A stretch of 64,000 nucleotides of DNA from Candidatus Altimarinota bacterium (GCA_039809385.1 JBDHUY010000011.1:2132-66131); one strand, 5' to 3'. Shown: positions 10,130 to 19,155, numbered from the stretch's first letter. A program made the numbers and translations. The notes: a model not told the origin generated them from the sequence alone.

Positions 10130-11869
10130 TTATACCCCCGATGCCAAAAAATCCTTATAGAGAGCATAATAATCTTCGTACTCGGGAGAATTCTCTTTTT
10201 CCAACTGTCTTAGCTTGGCAAGATATTCCTTTTTCTTACGCTGGAAAAGCGTTTTTTTATAATGTTCCACCAGTTTTTCAAAGGCAAGACGCATTTTTTC
10301 GAGATCCTGATTCCCGTATTCCTGCTCGATCAACAGAGTAAGTATTTTTAGTTTTTCTCTTTCTTCAGCCAAAATATCAACATCTTCGATCGAGACACTA
10401 CCTTTGCTATTATACTCACGAACCAGAATTGTGTAAATGCTATTTAAAAAATCGGTGACAAACTGCGGTTGACGCACTTTAGAATTGAGGATTGGTATAA
10501 ATTCAGGATAGAGAGCGACAAGACCGACAATATAATGGTCGACTTCGAACGCCCGCTTTCGAGGTGCATCCGGGGGAGATTCGGATCGGGAAGAGTGGTA
10601 GTCTTTCTGATGAAGCATATCGTTCCGGACTGCTTGAGGAGGAACTCCCAACAGCTGGCTCACCTTTTGAATATACAGATCCTGTTCTACTTGGAGCGGT
10701 ATGGCTTTGAGCAGCGGCAGTAATTCCTGCATAAACGAGCGACGGCCAGCGACAGAAGCGATATCGTATTTTTTGGACAATTCCCCGAGCAGGTATTCCA
10801 TGAAGTCCTGGGGCAGTTCGATCAATGATGTAAATTCCCCTGGCTCGTTCCTGATATATTCGTCGGGATCTTTATATTTGGTGAGCGGAATAGCTTTCAA
10901 GATCATTTGCTGGCGCAGGGCGGGAAGGGCATTGCGCTTCATGGCTTCGATGCCCGCGGCATCGCCGTCGAAGCAAAAATAGATATTGGAAGTGTAGCGT
11001 TTGATCTTTTTGATCTGTTCGTCGGTGAGAGCCGTGCCGCAGACGGCGACAACGTTCTTTATGCCGGCACAGTAGGGCGTGATGGCGTCCATATAGCCTT
11101 CCACGAGTAACACGAAATCTTTTTCGCGGATAGATTCTTTGGCCCGATGGAGGTTATACAATACCGAACCTTTGTGATACAGCTGGGTTTCGGGCGAATT
11201 CAGATATTTGGGCAGGCTATCGTCCATGACTCTGCCGGCAAAAGCGACCGCCTCGCCTTCCAGATTGTGGACCGGAAAGATGATACGATTGCGAAATCTG
11301 TCGTACACAGAGCTTTCCGAAAAATCCTTTTGCGTCACCAGACCAGCTTGTAAAAGCTCTTTTACAGAGAAGTCTTTTTGAACTATTTTTTTATACAGAT
11401 TATCGAAAGAATCGAGTGCATAGCCGAGGTTAAAATCGGCAATATGCGCATCGCTTAATCCGCGTTTGGCAAGATAGTCCATCGCTTGTTTTCCTGAACT
11501 GCCACGCAGGTTCTCTTCAAACGACTTCAAGGCTATCTCGTTGAGTTCCAGCAAACGGGCACGCTGGGATTTAGCTTCGGGACGGACTCGTTCGATTTCC
11601 ACGCCGGCACGTTTAGCAAGACTGCGCAGGGCTTCGCCGAAATCCACATTTTCGACCTCCATGTAAAATTTAAAAATATCGCCCCCTTTATGACAGCCGA
11701 AGCAGTAGGCGATCTGTTTGTCGGGACTGACCATGAACGAGGGCGTTTTTTCATTATGAAACGGACAGAGCGCCTTGTAGTTGCGTCCGGCTTTTTTAGG
11801 CTGGGTATACTGGGAAACCAGATCCAGAATATCTATTTTGGAGCGAATCTCTTCGAGCTGGTCGGGCAT
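10130..11869 (-). CDS. dnaG: DNA primase DnaG
   Basis: Zinc-finger 'CPFHNEKTPSFMVSPDKQIAYCFGC' and TOPRIM 'LVEGYMD'. Start moved to MPDQLEEIRSKIDILD (ATG 11869); the ORF track start at 11923 adds 18 unlikely residues. Confidence 0.9.
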   Translation of the reverse strand: MPDQLEEIRSKIDILDLVSQYTQPKKAGRNYKALCPFHNEKTPSFMVSPDKQIAYCFGCHKGGDIFKFYMEVENVDFGEALRSLAKRAGVEIERVRPEAKSQRARLLELNEIALKSFEENLRGSSGKQAMDYLAKRGLSDAHIADFNLGYALDSFDNLYKKIVQKDFSVKELLQAGLVTQKDFSESSVYDRFRNRIIFPVHNLEGEAVAFAGRVMDDSLPKYLNSPETQLYHKGSVLYNLHRAKESIREKDFVLLVEGYMDAITPYCAGIKNVVAVCGTALTDEQIKKIKRYTSNIYFCFDGDAAGIEAMKRNALPALRQQMILKAIPLTKYKDPDEYIRNEPGEFTSLIELPQDFMEYLLGELSKKYDIASVAGRRSFMQELLPLLKAIPLQVEQDLYIQKVSQLLGVPPQAVRNDMLHQKDYHSSRSESPPDAPRKRAFEVDHYIVGLVALYPEFIPILNSKVRQPQFVTDFLNSIYTILVREYNSKGSVSIEDVDILAEEREKLKILTLLIEQEYGNQDLEKMRLAFEKLVEHYKKTLFQRKKKEYLAKLRQLEKENSPEYEDYYALYKDFLASGV

Positions 11870-12036
11870 AGGGGTTGAGCAAAAAGCAGAGCGTAGTATA
11901 CGCGTTCCAAAAGAATTTAACAAAAAAGAAACGCAAAAAAACTGTCAGCTTAACTTTCATACATTCGCAGAATTCTATTTTATCACGAGGCTCCTTCTGT
12001 TAGACTGCACAGCGTTCCTTTACCTCTTTTCTTTAC

Positions 12037-12390
12037 ATGAAAGAATCCCTTGTATCTATTGCGCAAAAACGCAGAATCTCTCACATAAAACGTCACATCT
12101 TTTTGTGCGCCGACCAGACCGACCCGAAATGCTGCCAAAAGGAAACAGGTCTGCAATCCTGGGAATTCTTGAAAAAAAGACTTGGCGAACTGGGACTGTC
12201 GGACCAGGGAGATATCTACCGCAGCAAAGTCAATTGCCTGAGAATATGTCAGGACGGCCCCATAGCCGTAGTCTACCCCGAAGGTGTCTGGTACTACTCC
12301 TGCACCCCCGAGGTGCTCGAAATCATTATCCAGGAGCATCTGATCAATGGCCGCATCGTAGAACAGTATCGCCTCACTGAATCTGAGTGA
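12037..12390 (+). CDS. Thioredoxin-like [2Fe-2S] ferredoxin domain protein
   Basis: Cys pattern C-x8-CC ... C-x3-C ('[22 protein letters not shown]'). Confidence 0.6.
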   Translation: MKESLVSIAQKRRISHIKRHIFLCADQTDPKCCQKETGLQSWEFLKKRLGELGLSDQGDIYRSKVNCLRICQDGPIAVVYPEGVWYYSCTPEVLEIIIQEHLINGRIVEQYRLTESE

Positions 12391-12469
12391 TAACGAAGAG
12401 GAACAACCGTTGCCTAAACACCGTATTTCACCTAGAATCATCAGTGTTGTTTTTATTTTGTATCCTTTT

Positions 12470-14191
12470 ATGAAAGAACTCCTTACTCCCCTCGTGGAAC
12501 AAGCGTTAGTAAAGCTCGACCTCCCCAACCAGACTGTCAGCGTGACGCCCTCTACAAACCGCGGATTCGGCGACTATGCTACGAACATTGCCCTGCAACT
12601 GGCTAAGAACCAAGGGAAAAACCCTATGGATATCGCGCAGGAAGTCATTGAGAACCTTCCCGAAAACAACCTAGTCAAAAAGGCCGAAGCGGTAGCTCCG
12701 GGGTTCATTAACTTTACGGTAAAAGATTCCGAGTTGATCAACTATTTTATACAAGAAAGGCAACTCGAACCCGATTTCGGCAAAGGCAAAACGGTCGTGA
12801 CGGATACCTCGCACCCCAATATTGCCAAACCCATGGGGATACACCATATCCTTTCGACAATCATCGGTGGGAGTATCAACAATTTGCTGAAATACTCGGG
12901 ATTTACCGTGATCCGCGACAATTTTTTGGGAGATGTCGGAACCCAGTTCGGCAAACTGATCTATGCCTATAAAACCTGGGGAAACAAAGCAGAAATTGAG
13001 AAAAATCCGATTCCCGAGCTCCTCAAACTCTATGTCGAGTTTCATACAAAAGCCGAGCAGGATCCGTCCTTGGAAGATTATGGCCGGGCCGAATTTAAAA
13101 AACTCGAAGACGGCGACCCGGAAAACCGGGCTCTATGGCAATGGATGAAGGATCTCAGCCTGGTAGAATTCATGAAAACGTACAAACGTCTCCATGTGGA
13201 ATTCGATCTGATGAATGGTGAAAGTTTTTACGAAGACAAAATGGACGCAATTCTGGAACTCGGGAAAAAAACCGGTGTATTTACCGAAGGAGAAAAAGGA
13301 GCTCTTGTGTGCAATTTTCCTGAAGAGTTGAAACTCCCGACGTGCGTGATCCAAAAATCCGACGGAGCAACGATCTATCATACTCGCGATCTGGCTCGCA
13401 AAAAATATATCGAAGATACCTATCACGCGCATGTAGTGATTGTTGTAGTCGATATGGCGCAGGAGCTTTATTTTAAGCAATTATTTGCGATGTTACGGAT
13501 GCTTAACTTAAGCACGGCCGAACTGGTGCATGTTTCGTTCGGTCGCATGCAGTTTAAAGACCGCAAAATGAGTACAAGAAAAGGAAACATCTTGTACCTG
13601 GAACAGGTTTTAGATGAGGCAATCAAGGCTACGCAAGAACTTCTCAAAGAGAAAGAAGTCGATTTTCCGGAAGAAGAGCTCAAACAGCTTACCGAAACTA
13701 TTGCGATTGGTGCAGTGAAATATGGTATCCTTTCGCAAAACAGAAGTACCAATATCGTTTTTGACTGGGATAAGATCATTTCGCTGGACGGCAACAGCGG
13801 TCCATATTTACAATACACCTATGCCCGCGGAAAAAGTATTTTAAAAAAGGCAGCCCAGGAAGCATCATTACCCAATGATAGTAATGTTGTAGTGGCAGAA
13901 AATCATTCCTCCCAACCGGACACCCTGGAACCCGAGGAAAAAGAATTGATCCTTCATCTGATCGCTTTCACCGACGCGGTCAAAGACGCCACCATCCAAT
14001 ACAAACCCAATCTGCTAGCTAATTACCTGTACGAGCTTGCCCAGATATTTAATAGTTTTTATAATAAGGTTCCGGTTATTAAAGCTACTGAACCAATCCG
14101 AAATTTCCGGTTGAAATTGATTCAACGCTCCTGTACAATCCTCCAAGTCGGTCTGACGATCCTTGGCATCGATGTTCCGGAAAGAATGTAA
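12470..14191 (+). CDS. argS: Arginine--tRNA ligase
   Basis: 'SHPNIAKPMGIHHI' (HIGH-like) and 'MSTRKG' (KMSK-like), plus a C-terminal anticodon-binding domain. Start taken at MKELLTPL (12470). Confidence 0.9.
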   Translation: MKELLTPLVEQALVKLDLPNQTVSVTPSTNRGFGDYATNIALQLAKNQGKNPMDIAQEVIENLPENNLVKKAEAVAPGFINFTVKDSELINYFIQERQLEPDFGKGKTVVTDTSHPNIAKPMGIHHILSTIIGGSINNLLKYSGFTVIRDNFLGDVGTQFGKLIYAYKTWGNKAEIEKNPIPELLKLYVEFHTKAEQDPSLEDYGRAEFKKLEDGDPENRALWQWMKDLSLVEFMKTYKRLHVEFDLMNGESFYEDKMDAILELGKKTGVFTEGEKGALVCNFPEELKLPTCVIQKSDGATIYHTRDLARKKYIEDTYHAHVVIVVVDMAQELYFKQLFAMLRMLNLSTAELVHVSFGRMQFKDRKMSTRKGNILYLEQVLDEAIKATQELLKEKEVDFPEEELKQLTETIAIGAVKYGILSQNRSTNIVFDWDKIISLDGNSGPYLQYTYARGKSILKKAAQEASLPNDSNVVVAENHSSQPDTLEPEEKELILHLIAFTDAVKDATIQYKPNLLANYLYELAQIFNSFYNKVPVIKATEPIRNFRLKLIQRSCTILQVGLTILGIDVPERM

Positions 14192-14212
14192 GAACGTGAT
14201 ATTGCATTGTAC

Positions 14213-14240
14213 GTAGAGACGCAATGCATTGCGTCTCTAC
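14213..14240 (+). terminator. Perfect 28-nt palindrome downstream of argS (possible terminator/processing hairpin before tRNA-Glu)
   Basis: GTAGAGACGCAATG|CATTGCGTCTCTAC. No T-run follows, so the terminator role is uncertain. Confidence 0.4.
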
Positions 14241-14246
14241 GAATCT

Positions 14247-14323
14247 GCCGCGTTCGTCTAGTGGTCCAGGACATCTGGTTCTCATCCAGAAGATCAGGGG
14301 TTCGACTCCCCTACGCGGTACCA
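14247..14323 (+). tRNA. tRNA-Glu(CUC), CCA encoded
   Basis: Cloverleaf folded by hand: GCCGCGT/ACGCGGT acceptor, 'GTCTAGTGGTCCAGGAC' Glu-type D arm, anticodon loop TTCTCAT, T arm AGGGG-TTCGACT-CCCCT. Confidence 0.9.
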
Positions 14324-14431
14324 TTCTTTGCAAGATGGGAAAAATACCATTCGTAGCTTTAACAAAGCAGGGCTTACTCTTTCCAGAAAGCAACTTTCAT
14401 AGATACTTCGAATGGCACAGCCTTGAAGGCA
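14321..14431 (+). repeat. tRNA-trailer repeat, copy 1 (111 nt)
   Basis: Gapless alignment with 14547..14657: 88/111 identical by hand count. Both copies start at the CCA end of a tRNA. Confidence 0.8.
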
Positions 14432-14472
14432 TAAATTTTGAACTTTGACATTTGGATTTTGATATTTTTTAA

Positions 14473-14549
14473 GGGTGATTAGCTCAGTTGGCTAGAGCGT
14501 TCGCTTGACGTGCGAAAGGTCACAGGTTCGAGTCCTGTATCACCCACCA
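14473..14549 (+). tRNA. tRNA-Val(GAC), CCA encoded
   Basis: GGGTGAT/ATCACCC acceptor, anticodon loop TTGACGT, T arm ACAGG-TTCGAGT-CCTGT. Confidence 0.9.
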
Positions 14550-14657
14550 TTCTTCGCAAAATGCGAAGAATGCCCTTCGAAGCTTTAGCGAAGAAGGGCT
14601 CACGCTTTACAGAACATACTTGCCATAGATGCTTCGAATGGCACAGCCATAAAGGCA
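14547..14657 (+). repeat. tRNA-trailer repeat, copy 2
   Basis: See copy 1. Confidence 0.8.
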
Positions 14658-14681
14658 CGTATCGTCAATGTTCCATAGGTT

Positions 14682-14736
14682 CAGGAAGGGCTCACTCTAC
14701 AGAGATAGTTTAAATAGATGTTTCAAGGAGCCATAC
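14682..14736 (+). repeat. tRNA-trailer repeat, partial copy 3, directly upstream of the GIY-YIG pseudogene
   Basis: 'caggaagggctcactctacagagatag..atagatgtttcaaggagcc' aligns with 'cgaagaagggctcacgctttacagaacat..atagatgcttcgaatggcacagcc'. Confidence 0.6.
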
Positions 14737-14755
14737 TATCGTTACGACCAGTGAT

Positions 14756-14997
14756 ATGTATTACGTATATATTCTACAAAGCCTTGTGGATAATAAAGAA
14801 ATTTATAAAGGCTTTAGTACGGATTTAAAAGACAGAATACAACATCACAACTCAGGAGCGTCAAAGCATACGGCAAGTATAAACCGTGGAAATTGAGATT
14901 TTACGCAGGATTTGAAGAGAAGAGTACCGCATTAGAATTTGAAAAATATCTAAAAACAGCTTCCGGCATTGCGTTCTTAAGAAAACGACTACTATAA
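14756..14997 (+). pseudogene. GIY-YIG nuclease family gene, frameshifted
   Basis: Frame 1 reads MYYVYILQSLVDNKEIYKGFSTDLKDRIQHHNSGASKHTAS.. and stops at 14894..14896. The family continues in another frame from about 14875 (KYKPWKLRFYAGFEEKSTALEFEKYLKTASGIAFLRKRLL*, stop 14995..14997). Confidence 0.75.
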
Positions 14998-15023
14998 TCA
15001 AACGCAAACTCGCATCATATCTT

Positions 15024-15099
15024 GGGGTCGTAGCTCAATGGCTAGAGCACTTCCATGGCATGGAAGGGGTTGAGGGTTCGAGTCCCTTCGACTCCACCA
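15024..15099 (+). tRNA. tRNA-Ala(GGC), CCA encoded
   Basis: Acceptor GGGGTCG/CGACTCC with the G3:U70 Ala identity pair; anticodon loop ATGGCAT. Confidence 0.9.
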
Positions 15100-15153
15100 A
15101 GAAGCACAAGTAAGAAAGCGGGGAAAAATATTTCCTCGTTTTTCTCTGTGGTC

Positions 15154-15208
15154 GGGGAAGGTATAAAGTATAAAGTATGAAGTATTATGTATTACGTATG
15201 GAGACAGG
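15154..15208 (+). repeat. GTAT-heptad element, copy 3
   Basis: ggggaag|gtataaa|gtataaa|gtatgaa|gtattat|gtattac|gtatgga|gacagg. Confidence 0.85.
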
Positions 15209-15223
15209 TCAGTTAAGGATATT

Positions 15224-15349
15224 GACTTTGGACTTTGGACTTTGGACTTTGGACTTTGGACTTTGGACTTTGGACTTTGGACTTTGGACTTTGGACTTTG
15301 GACTTTGGACTTTGGACTTTGGACTTTGGACTTTGGACTTTGGACTTTG
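15224..15349 (+). repeat. Perfect heptanucleotide tandem repeat (GACTTTG)x18
   Basis: 126 nt, 18 identical units, counted directly. It ends 75 nt upstream of the eno ATG. Confidence 0.98.
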
Positions 15350-15389
15350 AACTTCTGTCACAATCTCTTTTCAGCAAGCTGAATTTCAG

Positions 15390-15395
15390 TATAAT
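15390..15395 (+). promoter_or_regulatory. Candidate -10 box (TATAAT) for eno
   Basis: Exact TATAAT 29 nt upstream of the ATG at 15424. No convincing -35. Confidence 0.3.
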
Positions 15396-15423
15396 CGTTT
15401 CGTATTAAAAATTTACCTTTTTT

Positions 15424-16761
15424 ATGGAACTCATCAAAAAAGTACTGGCTCGCGAAATACTCGACTCTCGAGGCAACCCTACCTTGGAAGTTGAATTGGA
15501 AACCGAACATGTGATCGGCCGGGCCTGTGTGCCCAGCGGCGCTTCGACCGGTATTCACGAAGCTCTGGAACTAAGAGATCAGGATCCGAACCGCTATAAA
15601 GGAAAAGGCGTTCTACAGGCAGCTGAGAATGTTAATACCATTATCCGTAACGAACTGATGCGCAAAGACGTACATGTACTCTCTCAGTACGCGCTTGACC
15701 AGCTTTTGATCAAGCTCGACGGCACGCCGAACAAGAGCAAGCTGGGAGCCAATGCGATTCTGGGAGTATCTCTGGCCTTTGCAAAAGCCAAAGCTTTTTG
15801 CGAAAACATTTCTTTATACAAATATTTTCAAAGTCTGATGCTGGATATCCAGTCGCCTTTGGCCAAGGGGAAATATGTCTTGCCGGTTCCGCTGGTCAAT
15901 GTCATCAACGGAGGACTCCACGCCGATTCGGGTCTGGATTTTCAGGAATTTATGCTGGTTCCAACCGGATTTGATACTTGCAGCGAAGCGATTCGCTGTT
16001 CTTGCGAGATTTTTCATACGCTGAAAGATCTGATCAAAAAGATGGGACTCTCCACGGCCGTGGGAGACGAAGGCGGGTTTGCCCCTCAGGTAGGAACAAA
16101 TGAAGATGCGTTAAAATTGCTCGTCATTGCGATTGAAAAGGCCGGCTACAAACCCGGCGAAAATGTATTTTTGGGACTGGACGTGGCAGCATCGAGTTTT
16201 TACGATACGGAGAGTTACGAGTATGTCCTGAAAAGCGGACAAAAAGAGTTACGTCTGATTTCAGCCGAAATGAAAAAATACTACGAATACCTGATCGAAA
16301 AATATCCGCTTATTACGATCGAAGATCCGTTCGCCGAAGACGACTGGGAAGGTTTTAACGATTTTACCCAAGCGGTAGGACACAAAGTACAGATCGTAGG
16401 AGACGATCTGTTTGTTACCAATCCGCAACGTATTAAGACAGGCATCGAACATAAAAGCGCCAACTCGGTGCTGATCAAACTCAACCAGATTGGTACGGTT
16501 TCGGAAACGATCCAGGCCATCTCGGATTCCATGCAGAACAACTGGACCACGATCATATCGCACCGCAGCGGCGAGACTGAAGATACGACCATTGCCGACT
16601 TGGCAGTGGGTGTCAGTAACGGCCAGATCAAAACCGGTTCAATGTCGCGTTCCGAACGGATCGCCAAATATAATCAATTGATTCGCATTGAAGAACGGGA
16701 AGGAGTAAACTGCGAGTATCTGGGACGAAACGTATTTTACAATCTCGAACAGTCCTCATGA
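15424..16761 (+). CDS. eno: Enolase (phosphopyruvate hydratase)
   Basis: 'AREILDSRGNPTLEVE', 'SHRSGETEDTTIADLAV', 'IKTGSMSRSERIAKYNQLIRIEE'. Confidence 0.97.
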   Translation: MELIKKVLAREILDSRGNPTLEVELETEHVIGRACVPSGASTGIHEALELRDQDPNRYKGKGVLQAAENVNTIIRNELMRKDVHVLSQYALDQLLIKLDGTPNKSKLGANAILGVSLAFAKAKAFCENISLYKYFQSLMLDIQSPLAKGKYVLPVPLVNVINGGLHADSGLDFQEFMLVPTGFDTCSEAIRCSCEIFHTLKDLIKKMGLSTAVGDEGGFAPQVGTNEDALKLLVIAIEKAGYKPGENVFLGLDVAASSFYDTESYEYVLKSGQKELRLISAEMKKYYEYLIEKYPLITIEDPFAEDDWEGFNDFTQAVGHKVQIVGDDLFVTNPQRIKTGIEHKSANSVLIKLNQIGTVSETIQAISDSMQNNWTTIISHRSGETEDTTIADLAVGVSNGQIKTGSMSRSERIAKYNQLIRIEEREGVNCEYLGRNVFYNLEQSS

Positions 16762-17054
16762 TCCGGCATGTCCAGCATGTCAGCTTGATCCTACTGATAC
16801 TCTGCGCATTTATCTTGTGTGCAGCAAAGCTTTTCGTCTATGCGGGTATATCTCCCATGTTTTGGAATATGGCGCTGGAAGGAGCGGTCTTGCCGCTGGG
16901 TTTTACCACGATCGTCTATTTGACATTGAGCGTTCACCTATTTACGGAAAAATTAACCGAGAACCGGACGGCGATATTAAGCCTTCTCTGGCTTACAGCC
17001 TTGCTTTTAATGGGATTTCTGGTATTTATCCGGCTTTTCTACCAACCCGTATGA
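16758..17054 (+). CDS. Small polytopic membrane protein (hypothetical)
   Basis: Three predicted hydrophobic helices. ATGA overlap with eno at its start and with the lipoprotein gene at its end. Confidence 0.55.
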   Translation: MIRHVQHVSLILLILCAFILCAAKLFVYAGISPMFWNMALEGAVLPLGFTTIVYLTLSVHLFTEKLTENRTAILSLLWLTALLLMGFLVFIRLFYQPV

Positions 17055-17614
17055 AACGACTCATTACGATGTTGTTGCTGGGAATCTCCTTGCTGACAGG
17101 CTGCGGAGGCGGGAACAGCGGCGATATCGGTAACGAAACGCAGACGATCAAAAAAGTACCGATACAGCTCAACGTTCCAAAAGCTTGGCGCGAAGTACGC
17201 CCCGAAGACCTCAAAAACCAGACCGGTGATATCGTTCTGTCGTATGCGGGACTCAACTATACCAACGGGTTTGCCAATAATATCACCGTGACCCGCGAAG
17301 TGCTGAAAGAAGATGTTACCTCTTTGCAATACGCCCAGGCAAATCTGGTAAATAGTGCCAAATTTTTGCAGGATTATCTCAAGCTGGACGATAAAGAAGT
17401 TATGATTCAAGATGTGGATAATAACAATATTCCTACCCGACTGCATACGTTCGAGGCACGGCTGGATCAAGTGGAGCGAAAACGAAAATACATTCAGCTC
17501 TATGCCAGCTACCAAAAAACCGGATATACCATCACGATCGCGGTTCCCTTGGACGAAACCGATCTAGGCAAATATGAAAATCTGATTCGATCGTTCAGGT
17601 TTGTCAAAGAGTAA
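17051..17614 (+). CDS. Lipoprotein (hypothetical)
   Basis: Start re-set to MKRLITMLLLGISLLTGCGGG (lipobox LLTGC). The ORF-track version (16817) overlaps the previous gene. Confidence 0.7.
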   Translation: MKRLITMLLLGISLLTGCGGGNSGDIGNETQTIKKVPIQLNVPKAWREVRPEDLKNQTGDIVLSYAGLNYTNGFANNITVTREVLKEDVTSLQYAQANLVNSAKFLQDYLKLDDKEVMIQDVDNNNIPTRLHTFEARLDQVERKRKYIQLYASYQKTGYTITIAVPLDETDLGKYENLIRSFRFVKE

Positions 17615-17626
17615 TTCCTGCCTTCT

Positions 17627-18070
17627 ATGATCTCTCTCGAACCTCCGGCAGGTTTTTCGTCGCGTTTCGATGTGGTGAGCTGTTTTATAGAACATGATGC
17701 TAAGATTCTATTGTTGCTACGTCAGGACCACAAGCCGCAACCCAATACATGGGGTATGCCGGCCGGGAAAGTGGAAACGGGAGAAAGTCTGGAAGAGGCG
17801 ATCCTACGCGAGATTGAAGAAGAAGTTGGCATACGGGTCTCACCATTGAAACTTATATATCTCCGCAAGCTCTATGTGCGCTATCCGGGATACGACTATG
17901 TCTATCATATCTATCGGCATACTGTTAAAAGGATGCCGCGTATTACGATGGATCAGCAAGCGCATAAAGAATATCGTTGGGTAGATCCCGAGGGAGCGCT
18001 AAAACTCGATCTGATCGAGGACGAGGATGTCTGTATCAAGCTGGTATACGATAAGGCTTTTTCTTTATAA
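17627..18070 (+). CDS. NUDIX hydrolase
   Basis: Nudix box 'GMPAGKVETGESLEEAILREIEEEVG'. Confidence 0.85.
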   Translation: MISLEPPAGFSSRFDVVSCFIEHDAKILLLLRQDHKPQPNTWGMPAGKVETGESLEEAILREIEEEVGIRVSPLKLIYLRKLYVRYPGYDYVYHIYRHTVKRMPRITMDQQAHKEYRWVDPEGALKLDLIEDEDVCIKLVYDKAFSL

Positions 18071-18305
18071 AAGCTAAGAGATTAAGCTCTTGCATCAAAT
18101 ACTCCCTTTTGCCTTTCGCTTTATCTCAATGAGGGAATATCTCAAACCGTTACCCCTTTTTCAAGGTGTACCTACTACGAAAATAAGTGAAAAATAAAAA
18201 TATGAAAGAAACGTTTTCTTTGGATCGTAGGTGTGATTGAAAGACTGATCACCTTTCACTCGGTACCGATCGATAAAGTCTCGTTTATCACCTTAATCGC
18301 ACACT

Positions 18306-18851
18306 ATGAAGACAAAACTTCTGGTCGCCGGCGCTTTGGCCGGGACGATGCTGGTTTCCTCCGGAGCCGTTCTGGTGGGAGCTCAGCAAAATAATCAGAA
18401 TCCGAATCCCACGGCTCAGAATCAAACGGTTCCCAACCGGGGAGAATGGATGAAGCAGCACATAGATCCCGCCAAACTGGCCGAAATGGAAGCCAAACGC
18501 GCAGCACTGGACAAGGCGATCGAGTCGGGGTACGACGCCTGGAAGAAATTTATGGAAGAGAACCCTCTGCCGAACGGGCAAAAAGATAGTAATCCCTTGC
18601 TGGAAAAAATCACGGCTGACAACTTTGCCCGTTTTGCCGAAATGCACCAGCTGCGTAAGGAAGCCGAGGAAAAGATGAAACAGGCCGATGCAATCGGCGA
18701 TGAGCTGGGATTGCCCCGTCCGCACCCCGGTATGGGCGGCCCGCATGAGGGTTTCGGTCCCGGAAAAGGCTTCCGGCATGGCCCGGGGATGCCCGGGATG
18801 CAGCAAATTCCCCAGGAACCAGCTACAGGCTCGGAAAATCTGCCTCAGTAG
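18306..18851 (+). CDS. Secreted protein with helical core and Gly/Pro/Met-rich tail (hypothetical)
   Basis: Signal peptide MKTKLLVAGALAGTMLVSSGAVLVGAQQ and a canonical terminator downstream. The antisense 172-aa ORF was rejected. Confidence 0.65.
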   Translation: MKTKLLVAGALAGTMLVSSGAVLVGAQQNNQNPNPTAQNQTVPNRGEWMKQHIDPAKLAEMEAKRAALDKAIESGYDAWKKFMEENPLPNGQKDSNPLLEKITADNFARFAEMHQLRKEAEEKMKQADAIGDELGLPRPHPGMGGPHEGFGPGKGFRHGPGMPGMQQIPQEPATGSENLPQ

Positions 18852-18883
18852 TCATTGATAGAGTTTTGTTCTACGTATCGTAA

Positions 18884-18916
18884 AAGCCCCCGGATAGAGT
18901 AGCGGGGGCTTTTTTA
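18884..18916 (+). terminator. Rho-independent terminator
   Basis: AAGCCCCCggatagagtagcGGGGGCTTTTTT. Confidence 0.85.
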
Positions 18917-19155
18917 AAAGCATAATGACACACTACGTTTCTGTTTGTGTGTCATTTATCAACGTTTCAATGGCATGCCCTATCTTTCTTAATTAACCGT
19001 TTTTAGCTCCGACAGAAAAGAATTCTTTTGCATTTTTGACACATTCTTATAATTACTCATAATTATTGGGCGATACAATGGTATAGAGATAGGACACAAA
19101 AAAAACCTATGTACTTTGTGAATATACAATTACCATGAAAAGCCCCTTTATAATG

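Noticed and set aside
14224-14713. ORF-track peptides 14224..14448 (74 aa) and 14510..14713 (67 aa), which look homologous to each other.
   Set aside because: Both run through tRNA genes. Their similarity reflects the 111-nt nucleotide repeat. The substitutions between copies show no third-position bias.
15224-15349. Possible CRISPR array or coding repeat.
   Set aside because: The 7-nt units are perfectly contiguous with no spacers. No cas genes are present. Translation would be a trivial periodic peptide with no start context.
16817-17614. 265-aa version of the lipoprotein ORF.
   Set aside because: Its first 78 codons overlap the 98-aa membrane-protein gene in another frame. The internal start gives a perfect lipobox and an ATGA junction.
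18288-18806. 172-aa minus-strand ORF.
   Set aside because: It is antisense to a gene that has a signal peptide, a sensible start and a downstream Rho-independent terminator. The product is Pro/Arg/Gly-rich with no features.
19036-19063. Near-consensus sigma-70 promoter on the + strand (TTGACA-16 nt-CATAAT).
   Set aside because: No + strand gene or recognisable RNA lies downstream. The next 2 kb is occupied by minus-strand genes. It could be an antisense promoter or chance in AT-rich DNA and is not supportable from sequence alone.
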